Shown here: in pieces, positions 52,113 to 63,879 of the stretch
Layout: each line of letters opens with the position of its first letter
How positions within the stretch are numbered: the first letter of the stretch is position 1
Assembly: GCF_009834535.1 (NCBI RefSeq)
Contig: NC_045696.1
Span: 49,044,001-49,108,000, forward strand
Direction of reading: 5' to 3'
From: Camelus ferus
Taxonomy: Eukaryota
Length of the DNA stretch: 64,000 nt
The notes under the pieces: model-generated
What the model was told of the DNA's origin: nothing
What the model saw: the letters and a program-made list of their open reading frames with translations, nothing else
Databases searched by the model: none
Made by a program: the position numbers and the translations under genes

Positions 52113-52253
52113 TATGTTTTAAGAGGGCTTACTTAGCTGGGCAAATGTGTTCTTGCTTGGTAGACTAGCAAAGAACACACATGTTGGAAATGAGTTATCC
52201 TTTCTAGTGGTGCTGTGTTTTCTTCAGCAAGGGTGTAGTTCCTTCCAGAATGG
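52113..52253 (+). pseudogene. Plus chain exon (MF*EGLLSWANVFLLGRLAKN...SSFQ / W)
   Basis: ggttttgtcccag acceptor; tgg|gtaaat donor; only one stop in the phase-2 frame. Confidence 0.6.
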
Positions 52254-52468
52254 GTAAATCCAATTAAACAATTACTAAGTCCTCACCTTACATTCCATCT
52301 ACAAATATATTCTTCATATTTGTTCCTAGATACATGTTTGCTAGGAAATATTTAAAAGACTTTAAATCAACTACTGAATTATTGAAATTAATTCACTCAA
52401 GTGTTTCTTATGTCCTACTATGTGCAAGGACATTTGCTTTGTATTAAAAAAGGTTTTTTTGATGGAAT

Positions 52469-53094
52469 TGAGACAGGAAGGGGGCAGGGCACAGCCATTC
52501 AAGGAATGGTACAGCAATTAACATCAAAATGGTGAAAGATTCAACCCCCAGTAGGCCCTTAGGCTCAAGATGGTGAGAGATTTAACTTCTAGTAGACCTT
52601 GAGCTTCATTGTATGCTTACTGTAATATATTAACATGGTGAATAACACGTCCACAGGCACTATGGCAATTCCAAGGCTAGCCACAAAAGGTCAAAGAATG
52701 GAAAATGGCCAACTTTCCTGGGAATCCCAGCCCCTTCCTCTTAGACTGGTCCTTCCACTTATTAGCATATGAAGCCACCAAGCCCATAAAAACTAGCAAC
52801 TCGGTAGTGCCTTGTGGCCACCCCTCTCTCTCCCTCTTCGGAGACAGCCAGCATTCTGTCTATAGAATATGTACCTACTTTTAATCTGAGCACCCAACCC
52901 CCACACCTTGTTGCCTTTCTCTTGCCGTTCAATGTATCTCTCTGAATAAATCTACCTTCACTCCACTGTGGCTCGCTCTTGAATTCTTTCCTGCGCAAAG
53001 CCAAGGATCCAAACTTGGTGGGGCACATCCCTGGGGCTCAACCGAGACCTGGGACATAGCCCTTCCCATGCCCCACATCTGTTTTCCTGTGTCA
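52469..53094 (+). mobile_element. ERV1 solo LTR, MER41-like
   Basis: TG...CA ends, 626 bp; cataaaa TATA-like box; AATAAA; ctcgctcttgaattctttcctgcgcaaagccaag. Confidence 0.85.
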
Positions 53095-53640
53095 TATCCA
53101 AGCAGTCCATCTGCTAGGCAAATATCTAAGAAGTCCATGAACACTGTCAATAGCAGCAAAAACTGGAAGCAACCCAAAAATTCATCAATAGTATAATGGA
53201 TAAATAAATTGTAGAATATTCATACAATGAAATATTATTCATCACTGAAATGAATGCATGCAACCTATACTCATCAACATGAGTGAATCTCAGAATCATT
53301 TGGTTGTAATCATAGAAAAATTCATGAGTTCATTCAATTTGTGTAAAGTTTAAGGTTTGGGGAAATTAAATATAGTAATGTTGAAGGATAGATATCTAGG
53401 TGGCAAAGTTATAAAGAAAAGCAAAGGTAATAAAAAATTGGGATAGAGTTACCAGTTACCTCCGAAAGAGAGTAAAAGGGATACATTTGGCGAAGTGTCT
53501 CGGAAGTACCAATAATGTTCTGTTTCCTAAGATGGGTGATGGGTACAGAGATATTTATTTTATTATTATTTAAACTTTACAGATAGGTTTTATATGCCTC
53601 TTTGTAGGTATGATATATTTCAAAAATTATTTTTAAAAGA
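53095..53640 (+). mobile_element. L1ME-type 3' end
   Basis: aaactggaagcaaccc...atggataaataaattgtagaatattcatacaatg. Confidence 0.75.
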
Positions 53641-53761
53641 GAGGTTTAAAAAATAATTGAAGGGAAGCCACTGGGGGATATTTTTTCTATTTGGGCATTT
53701 CAGAAATACCAAGTCTATAAAACATGTTTTAAATATTCTACTGAATAAGAACTTTCTCTAG

Positions 53762-53923
53762 GTTTGTAAGTATTTAGATGTTGATATACAATGGGTAATT
53801 TAGATACTCACTATTATGCAGAGAATGTAGAGAAATGAGGAACATCTCCAAAGAATATGTTTACCATCTTTGGCTTTAAGATAGCCACATCTTGTTAAAT
53901 AAGAAACCATATTTCTAGTTAGC
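53762..53923 (+). pseudogene. Plus chain exon (VCKYLDVDIQWV...NEEHLQRIC / WL...)
   Basis: actttctctag acceptor; agc|gtaaat donor. Confidence 0.45.
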
Positions 53924-55326
53924 GTAAATTTTAAAAGAGACAATGAATTAACTGAGATAATACCCTACTATACACAACTCTAATATCTGTTAGCTGAGAG
54001 TAATTGGTTGAATGAATGCCAAGCAAAATTTAGCCTCAAAACTGACTGGATGAGTCAACGATCCCATTATACAGATGGTGAGACTTTGATACAGTGCCAG
54101 CCAATATTAGAACTATAATATTAGTGTTTTAAAAATTTTTTTATTAGAGCACTGAATTCAGAGACCAGTTCTTCTTTTGTAGTGAGAAAAAGAAAAAATG
54201 ACTTTTATTTACCAAGGAAAAAGTGGAATCGGGATTGTTTGACCCAGGGAAAAGAAAACTAAAAACAATTGATGGCTGGCCTCAAACTCATGAAGGGTTT
54301 ATACAGGAGAACCCTGAACAGATGTTTCCTGTGTCTGGAGAAGAATAAACACAAGACATCGTACTTAAGTTGAACAAGAACAGATACATACATACATACA
54401 TGCACAGAAATATATAAGTGTACATTAATGTGTGTTTGGTTTTTGTTTGTAAATACACAAATCTGGAAGGATATGCAACAATGGTTAACCAGAATTTACT
54501 TCTGAGAAATAGCACCGGGAGACAGTGAGACTTAGGAATCTTAAACTTTCTGTACATCTGTGTTATTTGATTTTTTTTTTTTACATTGACCATGTATTAC
54601 TTTTTGCTTTTCTGATTTAAATTATTAATGAAGAAAAAATGTAATGGGAAACATTTGGACTGGACAGCATGGTGGCTCTGATATTGACTGTTATCCCTGT
54701 TATTCTATTATCCCTCCACTTGAAAATAACGGACTTTTAACCATAAGTGTTGTCTTAGTCGAGCATAATTTAGTTGTAGGAAATAGAAATTCACTTGAGC
54801 AAGCAGAAGCAAAATTATTCCAGAGGATAAGGAAGTACCTCCGGGATGGTCAGGAACTCTCCAGCTCAAATGTTCTCTTTTCCCTGTTCCTCTGTGCTTA
54901 TTTGCCTTACTCTTCTCTTTCTCTATGTGTATAGAAATAGTGTCCTCCATCTCTGAAGCTACATTATTTTCCAAGACTAGCTTCTACAGCCAAGTCCCTA
55001 CAAATTCTAAATCATGTTTTCAAATCCCAGACTGCCTCTCTAAAGTCAATCATCTGTATCAGAGTGTTAGATTTACATGTTCATTTTTCCAGTTCACAGG
55101 GATGGATGGGAGCTCTGAGAATGAGAAGTGAACACGTTCTCTGAGATGGAATGTGGGGCAGGAAGGGAAAAATAGCATCTTTTCTAAAGTATCCTAAACC
55201 CTTATAATGACCTGCTAGGGTGTAACTTTGGGGAATATATTGTCTACCCCATATAGTCCAAGGGTCAATGTCATTTACTTCTAATATTCATATATGATTT
55301 TTATTTTATCTTCGAGTTTTCATCAG

Positions 55327-55623
55327 ACTAGTTATCCATGGAACTTTATATCAAAATTACTCAGAAAGGGATATTGGTTGCTTTATAAATCAGAAGCATC
55401 TCTGCAAACTCCAAACCCTGGGAGAAGCCTAGTGAACATAAAATAGCAGTACATCATCCTGCACTATCAGGAAGGGTGCAAATAACAAAAGTCACCCTGG
55501 AGCAATAGAAGAAGATGGCAGGTCATCAATTCAGATAACCTTAATGGTAGGATGTCCACGGACATGATGCCAGTTTCCTCGAGACAAGACAGACCATCCC
55601 TGGTGTTTTGCTGAATGTCTGAG
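55327..55623 (+). pseudogene. Plus chain exon (HLCKLQTLGEA*; IAVHH...TKVTLEQ*KK; WCFAECLR)
   Basis: ttttcatcag acceptor; gag|gtagag donor; 297 nt; TAG, TAG and TGT at the Trp positions. Confidence 0.6.
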
Positions 55624-55866
55624 GTAGAGAGACAGGCTGAAAGCAGAAGTCATAACAGTAGGTATTTTAGTGAAGATAATGTGTGCAAAATGAGCAGTAG
55701 AAACCATTTTCTAACATAAAGTTGAAAAGTTTCAGTATTAGGTATAGAGAAGCAAAATGCAATCGGATCAAATCAAGGAAAAAAATCTTTTGAGGGGATC
55801 ATTTTTACTGCTATGACCCTGGATGTGGATTTTCTACTCCTTTGTTTCTCATCTTTATTTCCACAG

Positions 55867-56057
55867 AAACTTCCTTCAAACTGGACATGTAACTGAACAA
55901 AAAAGAGTTGAGATGGGAGGAATTTATTGACAATGAGAATATATCCATCGTGAATCATATATTAATAGCTTGGCATTGAACATCTGATCAAGTAAAAAAA
56001 AAAATTTAAGCAAGGGAGCTAAGAAAAAGTACAGATTAGATCAAAGTCTCTTTTGCA
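55867..56057 (+). pseudogene. Plus chain exon (NFLQTGHVTEQKRVEM / EEFIDNENISIVNHILIAWH...IKVSFA)
   Basis: Very strong acceptor ctcatctttatttccacag; gca|gtaagc donor. Confidence 0.65.
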
Positions 56058-56497
56058 GTAAGCGAGATTCCATGCGTTCATAAAGACCTCTGGAAACTGG
56101 TTCAGTGTAAGTAAAGTATTAGATGATCAATGAATATAATCTAACCTAGAAGATTTTTATTTAGTATTAGCTATACCTCTCTTGAGTCAATTAATTTGAT
56201 TGGTATTAGGAGATGGAAGTAATGGACAAATGGTTTTTTTAAGTGCACGGATTCTTTGCTACAGCTAGAACTTCAGACTTGGCATAGGCCCGTAATCTTG
56301 AGGACATGTGCTGTTGGTAAGCTCCAAGTAAGACTGAGTAAGACAAAGTAGAGAGCTCAGTGCATTTTAAAAATCATGTCTGAACAATCTATTTTAAATA
56401 TTTTTCCTTGCATGATAAATAACAAGTCTCCAGTTAAAGAATAGACATAAATTCAAACAAAATGATTTGTGGGGCAACCACTTGCCTTAGTTTAAAC

Positions 56498-56686
56498 TAG
56501 TGGTTCACTGTTCTCAGAGTATAATTCCCAGACTAGCAGCATAAGCACCACCTCGAAACTTCTTGGAAATACAAAATTTGAGGCCCCACCCAGACCTACT
56601 GACTCAGAAACTCTGGGGGAAAGGCCCAGCAGTTCTAGAAGCCTTCCAGATGACTCATGTGCACAGTAAAGTCTGAGAATCGCAGC
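56498..56686 (+). mobile_element. MER5A
   Basis: ggccccacccagacctactgactcagaaactctgggg. Confidence 0.85.
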
Positions 56687-57176
56687 TTTAAACCATTCTA
56701 CTCTGATGACCTTTATTGAAAACAGGGGGGGAAATCTAGGCCATTAACACATATGAATTCCCCTTCAAAACACCTGGAAATGTATTTTTAAGCTTTGATG
56801 GATTAATCATTCAGCCTGGGATATAAAGATTAACCAAAATAATTGCAATTCAGCAGCCTTTAAGCATTACATTATTTTAGATAAAAGAAAGCAAGTTTCC
56901 ATTTTTAGGTGAAAAGTATTACAATAGTATTACAATAATTTTTCTTTTGCTAGTGAATATTCTCATTATGGCATTCTCTGTAATCGCACTGCAGAAATGA
57001 TACTCTGGTAATGACTGAGAATGTTTGTTTAATGAGGTTGCCTAATTCAAAACTTGAATTGAAATTTTCAGAGTTAGTTTTCCCCTGGCCTAAAGACTTT
57101 TATACTGGCTTTTCATGTTCCAAAAGAATCACTCTTTATTCATATCTTATTTTTCTCACCTCTGTATTTTTCCCAG

Positions 57177-57218
57177 GCATGAAACTTCTGAGGACTTCAA
57201 AGGATGTTATAAATGCTA
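57177..57218 (+). pseudogene. Plus chain exon (A*NF*GLQRML*ML)
   Basis: tgtatttttcccag acceptor; completes F-A-A-[TGA] across the junction; donor decayed. Confidence 0.45.
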
Positions 57219-57302
57219 GTTAACATAGGAAATTGTTTACTATCTATTTTATGGCCTAATTACTCTTGTTTCTTTTTCCTACTTCTCTCTCATGCTTTTC
57301 AG

Positions 57303-57406
57303 ATCACCCTTGCTGGTCTACAAGAGCACTTAGAGGCTAGTAATACTGTCCAGGGATTAATGAGACTAATTATATGTTAGGAAACCAATCTGAGTTACTG
57401 AAGACA
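57303..57406 (+). pseudogene. Plus chain exon (ITLAGLQEHLEASNTVQGLMRLIIC*ETN...)
   Basis: ctctctcatgcttttcag acceptor; aca|gtaaca donor; phase 0 to 2. Confidence 0.55.
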
Positions 57407-57690
57407 GTAACAAAACTTTTACAAGACTTTCAAAAAATCTGTTTCGATAGGTTTTTAGGCCTAATCAAGCTTTCCTGTAGCAAATGGCCAATTTTAAAAT
57501 AGCCTCATTTACATTACATTATTTTGACGGAGGGCTTTATGTATACAAAAAATAAATTTTTACTTTTAGAAAGGAGAAAGACATTGAAGACAAAGGCAGG
57601 AAGGCAATATATTCACAGTTACATTAAAAAAAACTATATAAGTTATGTAAGAAAAAAAGTCCTGTTCATTTACAATTTTTTCCTTTTTAG

Positions 57691-57755
57691 GCTTACAAAT
57701 AGAATAAGAAATTTTCTTTTTTTAGATTTCTACTTCTCTTGAATATATATTCTCA
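57691..57755 (+). pseudogene. Plus chain exon (LTNRIRNFLFLDFYFS*IYIL)
   Basis: ttttttcctttttag acceptor; starts phase 2; donor uncertain. Confidence 0.45.
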
Positions 57756-58139
57756 GTTACTTAACTTTGAAAGAAAATATATATACAATATAACTTGAGA
57801 AAAACCTTAGTTATTATTGAATTAGAAATCAATAGCTAAAATTGTCTGTTATATAAATTTTATGATGAATATAATTTAGATATAACATACCTTAAGATAG
57901 TCTCATTACAGCTACCCAGACTTGCAGCCAGACTTTCCCTAAAAGATAGCCAAACATTTGAGGTCATTTATTCAGTATCAAATATATATTTCTTAATCAC
58001 TGGTGATAGTATTATCATTGGATATAATAGCTCTGAGTTATAGCAGGATATAAAGCAATTATTATAATATTTCATCAAAGATCCAAAAACACTAGAATTT
58101 TGTCCCAGTAGCCACTCTTCACTATTGGAAATGTGACAT

Positions 58140-58910
58140 ACCCACCTATTTTGTTGATACATGTTTACTGAGCACCTACTACTTGCCAGGTTCTGAGGAT
58201 ATAGTATTGAACAAAACAAATCATGTTACTACTTTTATAGAACTGACTTTCTACATGAAGTGACAGATCCTAAACAAATATATCAAGTAAATATTTACTG
58301 TATCAGACAACAAAAAAGTGCTGAGATGAAAAAGTCAACTAAGGGATGAGAAAATGAGTGGGATGTAAGTGGACAGGGAAAACTACATTTTTTTTTTTTA
58401 CAAGGTAGTCAGATCAGGAAAGGCTTCTCTGAGAAGGTGACAGCTGCAGAGGGCAGAAAATTAAGAAAGGGAAGGAGCTTTAACAAACATATGGGTTGAG
58501 AGTGAGTGGTAAGTGAGGGGGAGTTGAATAAGTACTGGGTAACAAGGAACAGGATCACCAAGAACTGTGTGAAACAAAGTAGATCCTTTGCGTTTCATTC
58601 TGAATGAGATAGAAAACATTAAAGTGTTTAAAGCAGAAGTGTGACATGGGTTTTTTAATAGTCACTCTGGTTGCTGTATTAGTGGCAAAGTTGAAAGCAA
58701 GGACATACATTGGAAACCACTGTAATAGCCAGGTGTGACAGAGACTTAGATTAAGATGGTAGAGGTAGATGGGGTGAAAACTGATCCCATTTTGGATATA
58801 TTTAGAAGTAGAGCCAAGAGGGCTTACTTAGGAGTTAGATGTAGAATGTGAAAAAAAGAGAGGAATCAAGGATGATTCAGGGTTTGCAGTTTGAGCACTA
58901 GAAGAATGAA
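58140..58910 (-). mobile_element. L2 LINE
   Basis: atgtttactgagcacctactacttgccagg...gaggaatcaaggatgattc. Confidence 0.8.
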
Positions 58911-59389
58911 AGCTCAGCAGAGAAGATACTTATGGCAGGAACAAGAGAAGGTACTTCATCACTAGTGGAAGTTTTAACTTCTGGAAGACTTGTTACATCT
59001 AGAAGGAAAACCCAGCAGGAGAAGGAAATAATCTGGCAAGAGAGAGCAGTGTCCAGAAAGAGTGAGGGCCACTCCTATCACAACAGCCTGCAAGAGATGA
59101 GCAGGGCATTTGTGGGAGTCAGAGACTCTTGTCCTGGGCCACCTTCATGTGGCCTGTAGACAACACACCCTTCAGCACCAGGCATCCTCAGGTGTAGGTC
59201 AGAGTTGGAGATAAGGAAACTGGAGATAAAGAAAATGGATGACACCACATAATAATAGCTGACAGAACTTGGGAATTATGATAAAACATCCCCAGAGAAT
59301 CTTCTGAAATAACTGTGGGGGCTGGAAGTTCTGCAACAGCAGATGTGAAAAAGACCCACCAAAACACAGGTTAAAGTGAGTGTAATATG

Positions 59390-59500
59390 TATTTCATTTA
59401 AATAAAGTTTGGCTAATCTAGATTGCTTACATGTTTATTCGGTTTTAGAGATTTTTTATAATTGAGAAATGGGAAGTTGCTTTCATTGCTGCCATTTTTC
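59390..59500 (-). mobile_element. Possible hAT transposase C-terminal remnant
   Basis: Minus-strand SNESNF / IIKNL*NRINM / QSRLAKL resembles the hAT dimerisation-domain motif ERxFSxLxxIKxxLRxxMxxxRL. Confidence 0.4.
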
Positions 59501-59731
59501 ACTAGTGGAATGTTTTGCAATTAATTTTATATGATAGAGAAAATAAAAGTTTGAAAGTGGCACAAAAATGTCATTGAAAATGTCTAAAGCCTTTCTTTCC
59601 ACATGATTTTATCAATAAAAGATATTTACAACTATCAGTATATATTTCAACCCTAATAAGAAAAAAATCAGATTTCTATGTGATATTACTTCTTTTGATA
59701 TTTCTTCTGTAAGCTATCTGTGATTTTCTAG

Positions 59732-59875
59732 AATGTATAAAGATAGTTTACCAACAGCTTCATTCGAAATAGATACGTTCTAAGATATATTACATCTTCA
59801 TGTAGACACTATATATAGTGCATGCTGCAACTGGTATTTTAAATCACTCCAAATATGGTGAAGGAGAGATACGAG
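59732..59875 (+). pseudogene. Plus chain exon (...FIRNRYVLRYITSSCRHYI / AATGILNHSKYGEGEIR)
   Basis: gtgattttctag acceptor; gag|gtttta donor; TGT at the Trp position. Confidence 0.45.
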
Positions 59876-60133
59876 GTTTTATCATATTATATCTAGGAAT
59901 ATAAACACCTCTTCTCTGACTGTACAGTATAACAGTCAGTGAGAGCTGATGATTATTTATGTAATAGGAAAGATGCATTTGGTTTTGTAATACACACAGC
60001 TATTTCTCTCGATTATTCTTGCCATTTCACCCATCATAGCAAGAACTACCTCAGAGATAAGAAACAATGACCATTTTCTTCCAGGAACAAAGTGAGAATT
60101 ATTTTGTTTCATGATGTGATTTTTCTTTCACAG

Positions 60134-60266
60134 TTCAGAAAGCCTTGTTGGCGTGGAGGAGTTATTACTTAAAATTTTCTTCACACCAAAGATAAGAGTG
60201 AAAAAAAGAGAGAGAAGCCATCAATCTAGCACTATTTTCATATTTTAAAGGAATGATGAAGAGAAA
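60134..60266 (+). pseudogene. Plus chain exon (QKALLAWRSYYLKFSSHQR*E*KKEREAINLALFSYFKGMMKR)
   Basis: tttttctttcacag acceptor; aaa|gtaaga donor; phase 1 to 2. Confidence 0.75.
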
Positions 60267-60410
60267 GTAAGATCAAAATGTTTAGGAGCAGTGTTAAGAT
60301 CATAACTGATGAAGTCCCAAATGGAAAACTGAGTTTCTGGCTTAATTCACTTTGATAAGAAAAAGTGAACACTGAGTTAGGTGGGGGAGTACAGATGACT
60401 TATTACAAAG

Positions 60411-60461
60411 CTTTGCTTTTTGGAGCAAACTTATGACAATTAGGAACAATTAGCAACCAAA
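60411..60461 (+). pseudogene. Plus chain exon (FAFWSKLMTIRNN*QP)
   Basis: Completes the exact Sfi1 spacing with the previous exon; aaa|gtatgt donor; weak acceptor tattacaaag. Confidence 0.65.
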
Positions 60462-61129
60462 GTATGTTAAAAACAACCGCGTACGTGCTCATCCTGGCTC
60501 ATATGCTGGTGAGCTTGTCATTGTGAAAAGGAATAGAAAGAACTATTTCTACAAAATCTGTAATTAGCCCAAGGGATATTCCTCTGAATTTATAGCCTAG
60601 CAAGGATTCTAAATGGATTTAAAAGGTAGGCAAATGTAGCTATTGCATTTTCATGAATAACTCTCAAGGGATGCAACTGACATGAAGTAAGGATATCACT
60701 TCTCCTTTCCAAACAGTAGCAGTGCTTCCAAGCTGTGGAGAGAATTTCAGTGAGACACAAGTAGAAGGTTCCTTGAGTGAAACTTGGAACATAATCCTCA
60801 TTATAGTAGAGAGCCTATTGATTTTGTTCATCTCTATATTTTTAGCACCTGCCACCATCGCTGGTGCCACATAATAGGAGCTCAACAAACATACTCATAC
60901 ATCACTGAGCCTGTTTAGGAAACCATACATGTGAGATGTACGATAACTACGCTATTGTGTGTGTACTCCCCGATGTATGCGAGTGAGCGGAAAGGGAAGA
61001 TTATCTGGAAGTGATGGAGTAACCTTCATCAGAGCCAATTAAAAAACTTCTTATGATTTCATTTGAAAAGTTACATTAATTACAGGAAAAGCTATCTACA
61101 GTTTACATCTTTGTACCTATAGCAGGCAC

Positions 61130-62100
61130 CAGTAGCATGTTAGTGTCCCAGCCATATCCCTACAGCTTTTACATTGTAGTCCCCTCTGTTCTCCAGCTAC
61201 CAGTATCTTCATCTCTTTGCCAGGGGCCTCATCTGGCTGATCCTGTCAGGGCTGGCTTCTTGAGGTATGCCAGAGCAGTCTTACACGTTCCTAGACTCAG
61301 AAGAGGATCTCATGCTTGGGATTTAATTCTCTGCTGCTGCCATACTGAAATTCTTAGTAAGTTTAACTCTGTGTTCTGCAAGTGAACTCCAATGGGATAG
61401 TAGAACATGCACAGGCTTTTGGGACCTCCACTCATATGCACTCCCTCATCCTGCTGCTTCCTGCCTCTTCCCTACCCTGATGCAGTGACTTCTGCCACCT
61501 TCTGCTTATGGCCAGGGGAGTCTGGACACAAGTTGAGAATCAGGGTCAGGCACATGCATACAACACATCAACACATCCCATGTGCCCAGTTGTGGGATGC
61601 GTTCAGGGTGGGACTAGGCAACTGTGAGGATCTGCAGTTGCCCTGGTAAGTGTCCCTGTGCCAGAGGGAGGATGACATTAAATAAACAGAAACACACACA
61701 CACACTTACTCACATGCACACAAATGCATGCACACTCACACCATAAGAGAGAGAGAGAGGCAGTTTTCTGGCTTTTGGAGCATGAGCTCCACATTCTCAC
61801 TGTGATCTGGGCCAGGCAAATCCAGTAGTTGACTCGGTGGAACTCTCTCTGCCCGTGGGCATGGCAGACCAGCAGTGCCCGAGAATGAATCTCTACTCCA
61901 CTCCCTTCACCCCATCCTTAACTAGCGGCTGATTGTTGGAGCTGGTGGGAGAATTCTGTGTTCTCCAGTGGCTCCAGAGTTCTCCAGCAGTATCCAGCTC
62001 CTTTTACCATGTGGTAACTTGCTTGATAAAGTACTCTTGTTGGCCACCTTCCCTTCTCTGTCTCACTTCCTCACTTCCCTGCTGGTGCTTCCCACCATAT
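61130..62100 (+). mobile_element. ERVL LTR16-like LTR split by a MER45
   Basis: cccagccatatccct...; ccagagttctccagcag...gtggtaacttgcttgataa...ctcacttccctgctggtgcttcc. Confidence 0.7.
61247..61836 (+). mobile_element. MER45-family hAT-Tip100 element nested in LTR16
   Basis: Starts cagggctggcttc; tttaattctctgctgctgccatactgaaattctta. Confidence 0.7.
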
Positions 62101-62273
62101 TACCTGTCTAATTTTGAACATATGACTAAGCATTTCTGCACAATGGAGATGAAATGGATTGGAAGAGATTATGCATTTGAAAGAAACTTTTAAAAGGTCT
62201 GGTATACAGTAGGTGTTCAATAAATGTTATTTAAAGTTTTATATCAGGTACTCTTCTCCTTCTTTAATACCAG

Positions 62274-62415
62274 ATAATGTCATGAGATATGCTAAAGTCA
62301 TTAAACTTTTTAATCTTATATTTGGCTTCAGAGTGCATTTAATTTTGTTTAAAAATTGATTCAACTTTATTGTCTATATTTTATTCCTCCTTCATTTTGG
62401 TGACCTCTAGGAAGT
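62274..62415 (+). pseudogene. Plus chain candidate exon (...SYIWLQSAF...)
   Basis: cttctccttctttaataccag acceptor; many stops; end uncertain. Confidence 0.3.
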
Positions 62416-62839
62416 GTAAAAATGCTAATTTTCCTTGATTTTTAAAAATATCTAGAGTTTTAAAAGTAAAGCAGACTATAATAGACTGTTACAGTGGTAA
62501 TTCTAATGTTCAGTTTCCTGTATTTCCTTGTCATTTGATGTCAGATAAAAGTCCTAGCTAAATGTACCCTAAAATTTCTCAGTATAAAAAAATAGCTTCA
62601 ACATTGACTAAGCCTTTCATCCAAGCACCTGAAATCCCTTTATAGGCATTAGCTAATTAAGTTTTAAAACACCTCCATCAGTAGAGTAAGAATTAGAACA
62701 CATGGACTAGAACTACATATGCTAGCTAAGAAATAGGGGCTCATGCTAGATCTGTCAGGGTAAAACTGAAAAGATCACGGCACAATCTGTTCATTTCCAT
62801 CATCTTAATGACTGCTGTGGAACTCCAATTTTAAAATAG

Positions 62840-63725
62840 TTTTTTAAAATTGTATTTACATAAAAGTAATGCATGCATATGCTTACAAAAATCAAATAGG
62901 ACTGGAAAGGCTACAGGAATATCAACAATTTCCTTCTCCATATCTCCCCAACCCCAGGTCTTGTTTCCCAGAGACAACCTTGCTTTAACTATTAGCTTCT
63001 GTATTTATAAATAGTATGTTTATATTGCTATTCTTGATTTACCAATGTTAGATACTGTTTATGACCTTCTGTGATAAATGAGGATTTGGCTATTACAACA
63101 CAACCACCACCACCCCTCCTCCTTTCCTTCCACTAGAGATATATCACTTTTAATTAAATCACCTAACAGTGTTTAGAGTATTTTGAGTATATATAAATGT
63201 TCACTGTGGAGTCTAGTAGTTGTACTATCAGTCAAATAGTTGTACTATGGTTACATTTTCTTTCTTACACAGACTTTTAGTTTTGCTCCTAGAATTCCCA
63301 ATTATTTTACTTTGTTCTTGCAGTTCTTCTTATAACCATGCTTATTTTTTTCTGAAGTCCCATCATACGAGGTATTTATGAAATGAGTCCCCTCTCTCTC
63401 CCACCCCAACCACAAAAAGTTTCCATCTCAACTTTCTGCTTCCCCTGGGGCTGCTGCTCTCCAGACCTGTTGCATCACTATCCTGGGATGAATCTTGACT
63501 ACTCTCCTGGCTTGTAGCCGCTATTTCCTGGATTTCATGGCTTTCTGTTTCCTTATTATTCCCTATAGTACTAGAGGCAAATTTTATGAGTCTTTGCTGA
63601 TTGAAAATATTTTTCGTCTAGTTTCTACCCCACACTTGAAAGATATTTTATCTAGGTATAAAATTCTAGGTAGAAACTCATTTTCCATCAGAATTTTGAA
63701 AGGATTTTTATGTTGTCTTCTAAAG
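62840..63725 (-). mobile_element. Ancient L1ME/HAL1-like remnant
   Basis: ggtataaaattctaggtagaaactcattttccatcagaattttgaa. Confidence 0.65.
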
Positions 63726-63879
63726 ATAATAAATGATTTACTATGAATAAACTGAAAGGTAATAGATTCAACATACCATGGTCTAGCTTGATGGCCAGCC
63801 CCATACATAAGCATCTTCAGAATTCTTAGGGAACAAAAGAAGAGTATAGATTACACAGGAACAAGATTTTGGTTTAAGG

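Larger units (their letters stand above)
28921..62415 (+). pseudogene. Decayed multi-exon pseudogene encoding tandem Sfi1-like (centrin-binding) repeats; probably continues rightward
   Basis: About 21 AG/GT-bounded segments. Best repeat spans a splice junction: A-LFSYFKG-MM-KRN-F-AF-W (60134-60461), an exact A-x7-LL-x3-F-x2-W spacing. Others include VQKALLAWR, IVNHILIAWH, AMKHHFPSRMLRKVL, CRCLQLWRQ, MF*EGLLSWA and FQAMLGWVR. Many stops and frameshifts. Confidence 0.75.

Noticed and set aside
178..62415. Assigning the fossil gene to SFI1, POC5, CCDC191 or C1orf167
   Set aside because: I see only the shared repeat pattern and cannot recognise gene-specific sequence, so no symbol is given without a search
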